Of a DNA stretch of 64,000 bases, positions 18,007 through 26,796 are shown piece after piece. Under the pieces are notes generated by a model. It made no database searches, had not been told where the DNA came from, and was given only the letters and a program-made list of their open reading frames with translations. The first letter of the stretch is position 1, and each line of letters starts with the position of its first letter. Location of the stretch: positions 248,001-312,000 of IMG/VR virus record IMGVR_UViG_3300020477_000990. One strand, written 5' to 3'. Both the position numbers and the translations under genes were made by a program.

Positions 18007-20076
18007 ATGAATACTAAAGACTTAACGCGATACAGAAATATAGGTATTATTGCCCACGTTGATGCTGGTAAAACAACTACAACAGAAAGAATATTATACT
18101 ATACCGGAAAATCCCATAAAATTGGTGAAGTTCACGATGGAGCCGCGACAACGGACTACATGGAACAAGAACAAGAACGTGGTATAACAATTACATCAGC
18201 GGCAACTACAGTTTTTTGGAACGATCACAGAATTAACATTATTGATACACCAGGACACATTGACTTTAACATTGAAGTAAACAGATCATTAAGAGTACTT
18301 GATGGTGCTGTAGTAGTATTTGATGGAGTTGCAGGTGTAGAACCACAATCAGAAACAAACTGGCGTTTAGCAGATCAATACAGAGTTCCAAGACTTTGTT
18401 TTGTAAACAAATTAGATAGAACAGGTGCAGATTTTTTAAGATGTGTTGAAATGATTAAAGAAAGACTAGGTGCAAAACCAGTTATAATGACAATACCAAT
18501 TGGTGCAGAATCTAATTTGCAAGGTATTGTAGATTTAGTTACAATGAAAGCAATAGTTTGGGATGGAGAGCAATTAGGTGCTTCATTTAATGAGCAAGAA
18601 ATTCCAGAAGATATGAAAGCTGATGCTGAAAAATATAGAACAGAATTAATTGATACTGTAGTTGAACAAGATGAAGCTGTAATGGAATCATATTTAGAAG
18701 GTGAAGAACCAACAGTAGAACAAATTAAGTCTTGTGTTAGAAAAGGTACAGTTGCATTTGATTTTGTTCCTGTATTATGTGGTAGTGCATTTAAAAATAA
18801 AGGTGTACAACCTTTACTAGATGCAGTAGTTGATTACTTACCTGCACCAACAGAAGTTGATGCAATATATTCTATAGATGAAAATGGTGAACAAAAAGAT
18901 CCTATTAAATCTGACCCGTCATTACCATTTAGTGCGTTAGCATTTAAAATTATTAATGACAAGTATGGTGCATTAACATTTGCTAGAGTATATAGTGGTA
19001 AGGCAAGTTCAGGACATACACTTTACAATTCAACAAGAGATGAAAAAGAACGTATTGGTAGAATATATGAAATGCACGCCAATTCAAAAGAAGAAGTAAA
19101 AAATATACAAGCTGGTGATATTATTGCATTTGTAGGATTAAAAAATGTTACTACAGGTGATACTTTAGTTGCAGAAGATAGTGAAGTAGTATTAGAAAGA
19201 ATGGTGTTTCCAGAACCAGTTATTGATATTGCAGTAGAACCAAAAACAAAAGATGACCAAGAAAAAATGGGAGAAGCACTTGGTAAGTTTGTACAAGAAG
19301 ATCCAAGTTTACGAGTTAAAACAGATCAAGAAACAGGTCAAACAATTTTAAGTGGAATGGGTGAATTGCATTTAGAAATTATTGTTGATAGAATGAAAAG
19401 AGAATTTAAAGTTGGCGCCAATATTGGTAAGCCACAAGTTGCTTATAGAGAAACAATAACAAAACCATATGAAGTAACATATACACATAAAAAACAATCA
19501 GGTGGTTCAGGACAATTTGCACATATTGTTTGTAATATTGAACCAGGACAACGTGGTGATGGGTATACATTTGAAGATGAAATTAAAGGTGGTAATGTTC
19601 CTAAAGAATTTATACCATCAGTTGAAGATGGGTTTAAAACACAAGGCTATTCAGGAGTATTAGCAGGATGGCCAACAGTAGATTATAAAGTTACATTGTT
19701 AGATGGAAAATATCACGAAGTAGATTCATCAGCAATAGCATTTGAAATTGCGGCAAAGGCCGCTTTTAGAGAAGGTATGAAACAAGCAGGACCAGTATTA
19801 TTAGAACCTATGATGAAAGTTGAAGTTATTACACCTGAAGAATATTTAGGAGATGTAATAGGTGATTTAAGTTCACGTAGAGGACAAATTAGAGGGCAAG
19901 AACCAAGAGGTAATGGATTAGTGTTAGATGCATTAGTTCCTTTAGCCCAAATGTTTGGATATGTTGGTAATTTACGTTCTTTAACAAGCGGTAGAGCGTC
20001 ATACAGCATGGAATTTAATAGTTATGAAATTGTACCAAGCAATGTACAAGAAGAAATAGTAGCAGGAAACCAATAA
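18007..20076 (+). CDS. fusA: elongation factor G
   Basis: [57 protein letters not shown]; 689 aa. Confidence 0.98.
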   Translation: MNTKDLTRYRNIGIIAHVDAGKTTTTERILYYTGKSHKIGEVHDGAATTDYMEQEQERGITITSAATTVFWNDHRINIIDTPGHIDFNIEVNRSLRVLDGAVVVFDGVAGVEPQSETNWRLADQYRVPRLCFVNKLDRTGADFLRCVEMIKERLGAKPVIMTIPIGAESNLQGIVDLVTMKAIVWDGEQLGASFNEQEIPEDMKADAEKYRTELIDTVVEQDEAVMESYLEGEEPTVEQIKSCVRKGTVAFDFVPVLCGSAFKNKGVQPLLDAVVDYLPAPTEVDAIYSIDENGEQKDPIKSDPSLPFSALAFKIINDKYGALTFARVYSGKASSGHTLYNSTRDEKERIGRIYEMHANSKEEVKNIQAGDIIAFVGLKNVTTGDTLVAEDSEVVLERMVFPEPVIDIAVEPKTKDDQEKMGEALGKFVQEDPSLRVKTDQETGQTILSGMGELHLEIIVDRMKREFKVGANIGKPQVAYRETITKPYEVTYTHKKQSGGSGQFAHIVCNIEPGQRGDGYTFEDEIKGGNVPKEFIPSVEDGFKTQGYSGVLAGWPTVDYKVTLLDGKYHEVDSSAIAFEIAAKAAFREGMKQAGPVLLEPMMKVEVITPEEYLGDVIGDLSSRRGQIRGQEPRGNGLVLDALVPLAQMFGYVGNLRSLTSGRASYSMEFNSYEIVPSNVQEEIVAGNQ

Positions 20077-20079
20077 TGT

Positions 20080-20319
20080 ATGGGGATACTAGATTTACAT
20101 GGATATTATATACATGAAGCTTGGGAAGAGTTTAAAAAGTTTATTGATGATAGTCAAGATATGAAATATGTAACAGTTATTACAGGCAAAGGTAAAATGC
20201 AAGAAGAATTCCAACATTGGGTTGATACAAATCCAAAGTTGAAATCCTGTGAGTTACTACCAACTGGTGGTGCTTACAAGGTATATTACAAGAAAGATAA
20301 GAGGAGTCAAAGTGAATAA
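20080..20319 (+). CDS. stand-alone Smr-domain endonuclease
   Basis: LDLHG and VITGKG motifs in 79 aa. Confidence 0.8.
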   Translation: MGILDLHGYYIHEAWEEFKKFIDDSQDMKYVTVITGKGKMQEEFQHWVDTNPKLKSCELLPTGGAYKVYYKKDKRSQSE

Positions 20320-20515
20320 AGGTAAAATTAAATGGTTTAATCCGACTAAAGGTTACGGATTTATTGAAGACAGCGAAGGTGGTAAAGATGTATTTTTACA
20401 TATTTCTGCACTACACGAAGCTGGAATTGAGTCTATTACAGAAGGCGAAGAAGTTACTTTTGAAATAGGTGAAAATAGAGGCAAGCCTACCGCTATAAAT
20501 ATTAAAAAGGCATAA
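20312..20515 (+). CDS. cold-shock protein (CSD)
   Basis: GTG at 20312 after GAGGAG; KWFN..KGYGFI (RNP1), DVFLHIS (RNP2). Confidence 0.93.
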   Translation: MNKGKIKWFNPTKGYGFIEDSEGGKDVFLHISALHEAGIESITEGEEVTFEIGENRGKPTAINIKKA

Positions 20516-20525
20516 AGGAGACCAA

Positions 20526-20825
20526 ATGAGTACAGGTAAACTAAAATGGTATAATGGAGCAAAAGGATTTGGCTTTATAGTACCCTCAGATGGTAGCAAA
20601 GATGTTTTTGTTCATGTTACTGCATTTAAAGAAGCAGGCATAACAAAAATTGACCAAGGTCAAGCTCTTGAATTTGAGATTAAAGAGCATAACGGGAAAC
20701 CGGTTGCTACTGCTTTGAAATTATTAGAATCACCTGGTGATGAGTCTGCAGAAGTTAGTACTGAAGCAAAAGTTGAAGATAAAGCTGAAGAAACACCTGC
20801 AGAATCTGAAACACCAGCACAGTAA
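20526..20825 (+). CDS. cold-shock protein with acidic C-terminal tail
   Basis: KWYN..KGFGFI, DVFVHVT, then about 30 aa rich in E/A/S/T/P. Confidence 0.92.
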   Translation: MSTGKLKWYNGAKGFGFIVPSDGSKDVFVHVTAFKEAGITKIDQGQALEFEIKEHNGKPVATALKLLESPGDESAEVSTEAKVEDKAEETPAESETPAQ

Positions 20826-20838
20826 TAAGGAGTAGCAA

Positions 20839-21261
20839 ATGGCTAAAGAAGTAGTCGGGCTGATTAAATTACAAATTCCAGCCGGACAAGCCAAACCAGC
20901 CCCGCCAGTAGGGCCAGCTCTTGGACAGAGAGGTGTGAATATCATGGACTTCTGTAAGAAGTTTAATGATAAAACTAAAGCCATGGAAGGTCCAATACCT
21001 GTTACTATAACGGTCTATAAAGATAAGAGTTTCATTTTTGAGCTAAAACAACCACCAGTATCGTTTTTTATATTAAAAGCGGTTGGTTTAAAAAAAGGTG
21101 GCAGAACGCCTGGTCGTTCAGTTATTAAAAGAATAACTAAAGCACAGGTAAGAGAGATAGCTGAGAAAAAAATGGTTGATATGAATGCCTTCACAGTTGA
21201 GCAGGCGATGAAGCAAGTTGAAGGCTCATGTCGTTCGATGAGTATCGAAGTTGTCAAATAA
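20839..21261 (+). CDS. rplK: 50S ribosomal protein uL11
   Basis: [35 protein letters not shown]...GSCRSM. Confidence 0.97.
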   Translation: MAKEVVGLIKLQIPAGQAKPAPPVGPALGQRGVNIMDFCKKFNDKTKAMEGPIPVTITVYKDKSFIFELKQPPVSFFILKAVGLKKGGRTPGRSVIKRITKAQVREIAEKKMVDMNAFTVEQAMKQVEGSCRSMSIEVVK

Positions 21262-21309
21262 TTTTTGATTCATTTTTGATATATTATAGGTTTCTTTTAA
21301 ATCATTTTT

Positions 21310-21317
21310 TATAAATA
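21310..21317 (+). promoter_or_regulatory. late promoter TATAAATA
   Basis: exact consensus, followed by a GC-richer structured leader. Confidence 0.55.
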
Positions 21318-21390
21318 TTTTTTGGTAGTAAGCCCAACGCCGGTAACGACGGTAAGCTGATCCCCACAATAATTTAATCGGAGACAGTCT

Positions 21391-21579
21391 ATGGAAAAAA
21401 TATTCAGATCCATGGGCGACGGACTCTTAATGGTTGGTGCCCTATTTTCTAAGAAGCATAGATCATTGGATGTTCCTGCCGACCAGTCGGATCAGGTTAA
21501 AAGGTTCAAAAGATGGTTATCCTACGAGCCATCTAAGCATTATTTAGGTGCTGGCCAAAAAAAGGACACGCATAAGTAA
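21391..21579 (+). CDS. small hypothetical protein (or part of an ncRNA)
   Basis: 62 aa; GGAG 7 nt upstream; atypical composition. Confidence 0.4.
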   Translation: MEKIFRSMGDGLLMVGALFSKKHRSLDVPADQSDQVKRFKRWLSYEPSKHYLGAGQKKDTHK

Positions 21580-21584
21580 TCTTC

Positions 21585-21613
21585 TTGACAAGATGCGTTG
21601 TTTCGTGTATTAT
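21585..21613 (+). promoter_or_regulatory. sigma70-type promoter TTGACA-N17-TATTAT overlapped by an 11-bp inverted repeat
   Basis: arms ATGCGTTGTTT 21593-21603 and AAACAACGCAT 21627-21637. Confidence 0.7.
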
Positions 21614-21646
21614 TATTAATATGCTAAAACAACGCATTTTGCATAT

Positions 21647-21696
21647 TGAGGTCTTAACGTCATCCCTCTTTAAAAATTCTGCCGTTTTATAGGAGG
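21647..21696 (+). ncRNA. candidate preQ1-I-like pseudoknot riboswitch in the queD leader
   Basis: GAGG/CCTC stem, loop running U...C, A-rich tail, AACG/CGTT second pairing next to AGGAGG. Confidence 0.4.
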
Positions 21697-21700
21697 AAAT

Positions 21701-22153
21701 ATGGGTAAACATTTAAGTACAAAAACATACGGACATAACATTGGTTTAAGTTCAGTATTTAGACAGCCTAATGCAGACCATTCACATTGTCATTTATTAC
21801 ATGGTTATAGTTTAGCATTTAAGTTCACATTTGGTTGTAATGAGCTAGATAATAAAAATTGGGCAGTAGATTTTGGTGGGCTAAAACCATTAAAAGCATG
21901 GTTAGAAGATAATTTTGATCATAAAGTTGCATTAGATAAAAACGATCCACATCTAGAAAAATTTAAAGAACTTGAGCAATTAGATTTAGCAGAGTTAAGA
22001 ATATTTGATGGAGTTGGTGCTGAAAAATTTGCGGAACACGCCTTTAACTTTGCAGATAAATTAATTAGAGAAAAAACAAATAATAGATGCTATTGTATAG
22101 AAGTTGAATGTGCGGAGCATGGAGCCAATTCAGCAATATATCGTAATGAATGA
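21701..22153 (+). CDS. queD: 6-carboxy-tetrahydropterin synthase / PTPS family
   Basis: HCHLLHGYS, VDFGGLK, FDHK, GAEKFA, VECAE. Confidence 0.85.
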   Translation: MGKHLSTKTYGHNIGLSSVFRQPNADHSHCHLLHGYSLAFKFTFGCNELDNKNWAVDFGGLKPLKAWLEDNFDHKVALDKNDPHLEKFKELEQLDLAELRIFDGVGAEKFAEHAFNFADKLIREKTNNRCYCIEVECAEHGANSAIYRNE

Positions 22154-22799
22154 TGATTATCAAAATTCAGGGTATCCTAATTGGGGTATGCTTGGAGAAT
22201 TAATTAAAGAAACAAAACCTAAAATAGTTGTAGAAATAGGAACATACTACGGAGGGTGGACAAAGTTTCTTTCTGAGAATACTAGTCCAGATACAAGAAT
22301 TTTTACATTTCAAACACCTGAACGTAGAAGATTAAATCATTTAGCAGATACTACACAAGGAGAAAATAATATTCTTCCTGATTTTGTGGTAGAAGCTTTA
22401 ACTCAAGATTATCCAGAAACTTGGGGAAATTTTACTGCACAAAATTGGAAGGATTTAGCAAAGCAAAGTCTAGACAAAAAATATCATGGAATGTATGATT
22501 TTAATTTACTTGCTGATGCAATTAGTAATGATAAAAAAATTACTTGTATTTTAGCAACTTCTCCACTATCATATCCATGGCCAGTTAAGTATGATTTATG
22601 CACAATAAATCTTTCATATCATTTAGATGACAATTTAAAGCAAATAGATTATTGGATAAAATATGCCAAAAAGAATGGAATTTTATGTATTAGTTCATAT
22701 GGGTCTATAGATAAAATTCAAGAAATTTACGGAAAAGATCATAAAGTAAAACGATGGAGTAATGGTTACTTATGGATTTACGGCAAGTCAAAAATATAA
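22146..22799 (+). CDS. class I SAM-dependent methyltransferase (Methyltransf_24-like)
   Basis: ATG at 22146; PKIVVEIGTYYGGWT motif I. Confidence 0.7.
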   Translation: MNDDYQNSGYPNWGMLGELIKETKPKIVVEIGTYYGGWTKFLSENTSPDTRIFTFQTPERRRLNHLADTTQGENNILPDFVVEALTQDYPETWGNFTAQNWKDLAKQSLDKKYHGMYDFNLLADAISNDKKITCILATSPLSYPWPVKYDLCTINLSYHLDDNLKQIDYWIKYAKKNGILCISSYGSIDKIQEIYGKDHKVKRWSNGYLWIYGKSKI

Positions 22800-22817
22800 A
22801 ATTTGTTCATGATTTTA

Positions 22818-22825
22818 TATAAATA
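22818..22825 (+). promoter_or_regulatory. late promoter TATAAATA, leaderless geometry
   Basis: 5 nt before the ATG at 22831. Confidence 0.6.
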
Positions 22826-22830
22826 ATATT

Positions 22831-24213
22831 ATGTTTATGGCAATACTTACATTGCTGACTGCATTAAGCATTTCAGCGGTAGCGATTTACTATTCAATTG
22901 CAGGTTTGGCGGCTATATTTGCCGCGGCGGCAATCCCTATTATGATTATGGGTACTGTTCTTGAGGTTGGTAAGTTAGTAGCGGCCTCTTGGTTGTATCA
23001 AAACTGGAAGGCGGCTCCAGGGGCAATTAAAACATATCTATCAATTGCAGTTGTTGTATTAATGCTAATTACGTCAATGGGTATATTTGGATTTTTATCT
23101 AAAGCACACGTAGAGCAAACGTCATTAGGATCTACACAACAAGTTAAATTAAACAACATAGAAGAAAAAATTATTAGATCAGAAAATAAAATTGAACGTT
23201 GGTCAGATGAAATTGCAAGACTTAATAGTGGGCAAAATGTTCGTGTTGATATTTTAATTGATAAGCAAAATGAAGAACTAGCAGTATTGTATGAAAGAAT
23301 TAAAGAAGAAAAGAACGAATTAAGAGCCCAAGCAGATAAAGATATTGAATTACAAAATAATAGATTATTACAAGCAAAAGAACGTAAAGAATCAGATATT
23401 GCCGCGGCACAAGAAAGATTTAAAGGTTCTTTTAGTAAAAGAAAATTAGATGAAGCTATAGCAGAAGCTAAAGCAAATGAACTTGCAGTTGCTTCGGCGG
23501 CACAAAGAATTATTGTAGAAATACAAAATAAGTTACAAGAAAATCTTGCTAAAATTGATGAAAAATATGCTCCACAAATAGAAAATATTAATGCAACAAT
23601 TAACGGTTTAAGATCAGAAGCAAACGTTAAGACAGATAATATTGATACAAGAATTGATGAGTTAGAAATATTCATTGAAGAAGAACAAGATTCGTTAAAC
23701 CAAGTAAATGAAGATAAAATTATTATTGTAATGGAACAGCAAAAACTTGAAGTAGAAGTTGGTCCATTAAAATATATTGCAGAATTTATATATGGGCAAG
23801 AAGCAGATAGAAATTTATTAGAACAAGCAGTACGTTGGGTTATTATTACAATTATATTTGTATTTGATCCACTAGCAGTATGTTTATTAGTAGCGGCTAA
23901 TATGTCACTTATTAGAAGATTTGGAAGAGGATTTGAAAAACAATATGAGTACGATCCTAATTTAATAAAAGAATATACTGGTAAGAAGCCAACAAGTGTA
24001 ACACCAGAGCAAAAAAAAGACGAAAAAGAATTAGCACAGATAAAAGATAGTAATGCTGAATTAGAAAAAAAATTAAGTGAAGCTGAATCAAAATTAGCTG
24101 AACAATTAGATTATCAAAAATCTTTAGAAGATAAACCAGAAAAGTTGGTCATCAATATTGATGAAACAGCTACAATTGATGCAGAAGATGACACCGAGAA
24201 AAAAAAAGGATAA
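22831..24213 (+). CDS. multi-TM membrane protein with a long coiled coil
   Basis: three to four N-terminal hydrophobic helices, heptad core, TM IIFVFDPLAVCLLVAA. Confidence 0.7.
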   Translation: MFMAILTLLTALSISAVAIYYSIAGLAAIFAAAAIPIMIMGTVLEVGKLVAASWLYQNWKAAPGAIKTYLSIAVVVLMLITSMGIFGFLSKAHVEQTSLGSTQQVKLNNIEEKIIRSENKIERWSDEIARLNSGQNVRVDILIDKQNEELAVLYERIKEEKNELRAQADKDIELQNNRLLQAKERKESDIAAAQERFKGSFSKRKLDEAIAEAKANELAVASAAQRIIVEIQNKLQENLAKIDEKYAPQIENINATINGLRSEANVKTDNIDTRIDELEIFIEEEQDSLNQVNEDKIIIVMEQQKLEVEVGPLKYIAEFIYGQEADRNLLEQAVRWVIITIIFVFDPLAVCLLVAANMSLIRRFGRGFEKQYEYDPNLIKEYTGKKPTSVTPEQKKDEKELAQIKDSNAELEKKLSEAESKLAEQLDYQKSLEDKPEKLVINIDETATIDAEDDTEKKKG

Positions 24214-24569
24214 CCAAGTCCGAGGTAGTTAATCTTGTTATTGATGATATTAATGAAATTAAAACACAAGAAATACTAAATGAACAGGCCAATGTTTCAA
24301 CGGTCGAAGAGTATAAGGTTGAAAAGCCAGATGAAATTTTGGTTGAAAATATTAAAATTGAACCAAAACCAGAAGTTGAAATGAAATTTAAAGAAGAAGT
24401 AAATGTTAGGATGAAGGAAATAGAAAAAAAGATTGACACAGAGCAAAATCGTGTTATTATTAATAAAACTATGAAAAATGAAAGTTTAAAGAAAACAACA
24501 AATACTTCACAAGAAATTGGATGGCTAAAAGGCTATGTTGGCAAGATTGCTGGAGATAAAGAAGAATAA
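24192..24569 (+). CDS. frame-3 continuation of the preceding gene, reached via the A9 run
   Basis: frame open from 24192 to TAA at 24569; no ATG in the first ~60 codons. Confidence 0.55.
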   Translation, partial: HREKKRITKSEVVNLVIDDINEIKTQEILNEQANVSTVEEYKVEKPDEILVENIKIEPKPEVEMKFKEEVNVRMKEIEKKIDTEQNRVIINKTMKNESLKKTTNTSQEIGWLKGYVGKIAGDKEE

Positions 24570-25258
24570 TGGATTGGACAAATTTAGACAAAGTTGAGTT
24601 TGCTATTACAACACATTGTCAAGCTAAATGTCCGTTGTGTGCTAGAACCAATAAAGAAACTTTAGAAAAAGTAAATTGGTTGCCATTGCATCATTTATCT
24701 TTAGATGAATACAAAAATGCTGTTGATCAATTGTTACCTAATAGAGATATAGATTTTTGTGGTGATTACGGTGATCCAATAATGCATCCACAAATTGAAG
24801 ATTTTATTGATTATGCTATACAAAAAAATCACAATGTAAGTGTACACACAAATGGTGGCTTACGTACAAAAGATTGGTATATTAAAGTTGCAAAGAAATA
24901 TAATAAACTTTTAATGGTGTTTGCTATTGATGGAATAGACGAAGAAACAAATTCAAAATATAGAGTAGGAGTTAACTTTAATCGTGCTTGGGAAAATATG
25001 ATAGCTCATGCAGAAAATAGTAATGGGCATACAGTTTGGAACTTTTTAGTATTTGATTTTAATTATGATCAATTAGATAGAGCAAAAGAATTGTGTCAGA
25101 AACATAATATTATATTTGTTCCACATATGAATACTAGAGTAACAGAATACTATGATCATTTAATTAAAGATTTAACTTTAAAAGTGCAATTAGAACAAAA
25201 GTGTGATAATATGTATGATCCAAAATTAACAGAAAGAGTAGCTTTATATGTCGATTAA
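24569..25258 (+). CDS. radical SAM core (subfamily A) without its SPASM domain
   Basis: CQAKCPLC, FCGDYGDP, HTNGG, AIDG..TNSKYR, WNFLVF. Confidence 0.85.
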   Translation: MDWTNLDKVEFAITTHCQAKCPLCARTNKETLEKVNWLPLHHLSLDEYKNAVDQLLPNRDIDFCGDYGDPIMHPQIEDFIDYAIQKNHNVSVHTNGGLRTKDWYIKVAKKYNKLLMVFAIDGIDEETNSKYRVGVNFNRAWENMIAHAENSNGHTVWNFLVFDFNYDQLDRAKELCQKHNIIFVPHMNTRVTEYYDHLIKDLTLKVQLEQKCDNMYDPKLTERVALYVD

Positions 25259-25532
25259 TTGCAAATCAAAAGGTATCATTGTTGATTATAATAATAAAGT
25301 TTACCCTTGTTGCTATGTATTAACTAGAGAAATGTTTCCTGAAGAAAAAAGTAAATATTTAAGTAAGTTAGATAATGATTGGAATGATTTATCAAAGTAT
25401 ACATTAGAAAAAATATTAAGTAATAAAGCATTTACTGAACATTTCAATGAAAAACATTGGAATGATAAAAACAACTGCGATGAGATATGTACGTCTCAAT
25501 GCTCAATAAAGAAAGAAAAAAATAATGCCTAA
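25248..25532 (+). CDS. stand-alone SPASM/twitch domain
   Basis: INC...VYPCC...CDEICTSQC. Confidence 0.75.
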   Translation: MSINCKSKGIIVDYNNKVYPCCYVLTREMFPEEKSKYLSKLDNDWNDLSKYTLEKILSNKAFTEHFNEKHWNDKNNCDEICTSQCSIKKEKNNA

Positions 25533-26796
25533 GAAAAAAGACGAACAATTTAGTTGTTCATTTTGTGGAAAAAATAGAGAGAAAGTAAAAAAACTTATTG
25601 CAGGACCAAAGGTTTATATTTGTAATGAGTGTATTGAACTTTGTCATTCAATTTTAGAAGAAAGTGATTTACGTCAAGTAGAAGAACGTAAGCAAGAATT
25701 AAAACAAATTATACCAGATGAATTAAAAGCACATTTAGATGAACACGTAATTGGTCAAGAACAAGCTAAAAAAGTTTTAAGTGTAGCAGTATATAACCAT
25801 TATAAAAGATTAGCTAATCCTATAGTAGATGGTGTTGAACTTGAAAAATCAAATGTTTTATTAGTAGGACCAAGTGGCTGTGGTAAAACATTATTAGCAA
25901 AACGTATAGCAGATTATTTAGATGTTCCATTTGCTCAAGCAGATGCAACTACATTAACTGAAAGTGGATATGTTGGCGATGATGTAGAAAATATTATATT
26001 AAGATTATTACAAAATTGTGATTTTGATGTAGCAAAAGCAGAAAAAGGTATTGTTTATATTGATGAAATAGATAAAAAATCACGTAAGTCTGAGTCAACT
26101 TCTATTACTAGAGATGTATCAGGAGAAGGTGTGCAACAAGCATTATTAAAATTGCTTGAAGGTACTATAGTGAGAGTTCCACCAGCTGGTGGAAGAAAAC
26201 ACCCACAGCAAGAAATGATTACTGTTGACACTACAAATATTTTATTTGTTGTAGGTGGAGCATTTGTTGGGTTAGAGGAAATTATTCGTAAAAGACTTAA
26301 TTTGAATACAACAATAGGATTTAATTCTTCATCACCATCAAAAGAAGAAATTGAAAGAGTATTAGAAAGAGCTGAACCAGATGATATAGTTAAATTTGGA
26401 TTAATTCCTGAAATGGTAGGTAGGTTGCCAGTTGTTGTTGCTTGTCATAAACTTGATAAACAACATTTAAATGATATTCTTGTTAAACCTAAAAGTGCCA
26501 TATTAAAGCAATTCCAAAAAATGTTTAAGTTAGATGGAATTGAATTAGAGTTTAGTGATGAAGCAATTGAAGTTGTATGCACTTTAGCATTAAAAAAAGA
26601 TATAGGTGCTAGAGGACTAAGATCTGTTTTAGAAAAGCATTTATTACAATTACAATACGAGTTACCAATGCTTAAAGAACAAGGTGTTGAACGTATTGCA
26701 ATTAATGAAACTTTTATAACAGAAGGAAAGCCACCAATGTTAATATATAAAGAAGTAAATAAAGATAAAGACGGAACGGATAACGGAGCGAAGTGA
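25525..26796 (+). CDS. clpX: ClpX ATPase
   Basis: CSFCG/CNEC zinc domain, [36 protein letters not shown] loop, GARGLR. Confidence 0.97.
   Translation: MPKKKDEQFSCSFCGKNREKVKKLIAGPKVYICNECIELCHSILEESDLRQVEERKQELKQIIPDELKAHLDEHVIGQEQAKKVLSVAVYNHYKRLANPIVDGVELEKSNVLLVGPSGCGKTLLAKRIADYLDVPFAQADATTLTESGYVGDDVENIILRLLQNCDFDVAKAEKGIVYIDEIDKKSRKSESTSITRDVSGEGVQQALLKLLEGTIVRVPPAGGRKHPQQEMITVDTTNILFVVGGAFVGLEEIIRKRLNLNTTIGFNSSSPSKEEIERVLERAEPDDIVKFGLIPEMVGRLPVVVACHKLDKQHLNDILVKPKSAILKQFQKMFKLDGIELEFSDEAIEVVCTLALKKDIGARGLRSVLEKHLLQLQYELPMLKEQGVERIAINETFITEGKPPMLIYKEVNKDKDGTDNGAK

Noticed and set aside
21324-21580. tmRNA or RNase P RNA in the GC-richer gap
   Set aside because: No tRNA-like GGGG...CCA ends with a T-arm and no RNase P P4 signature were recognisable; kept only as a small ORF plus structured leader.
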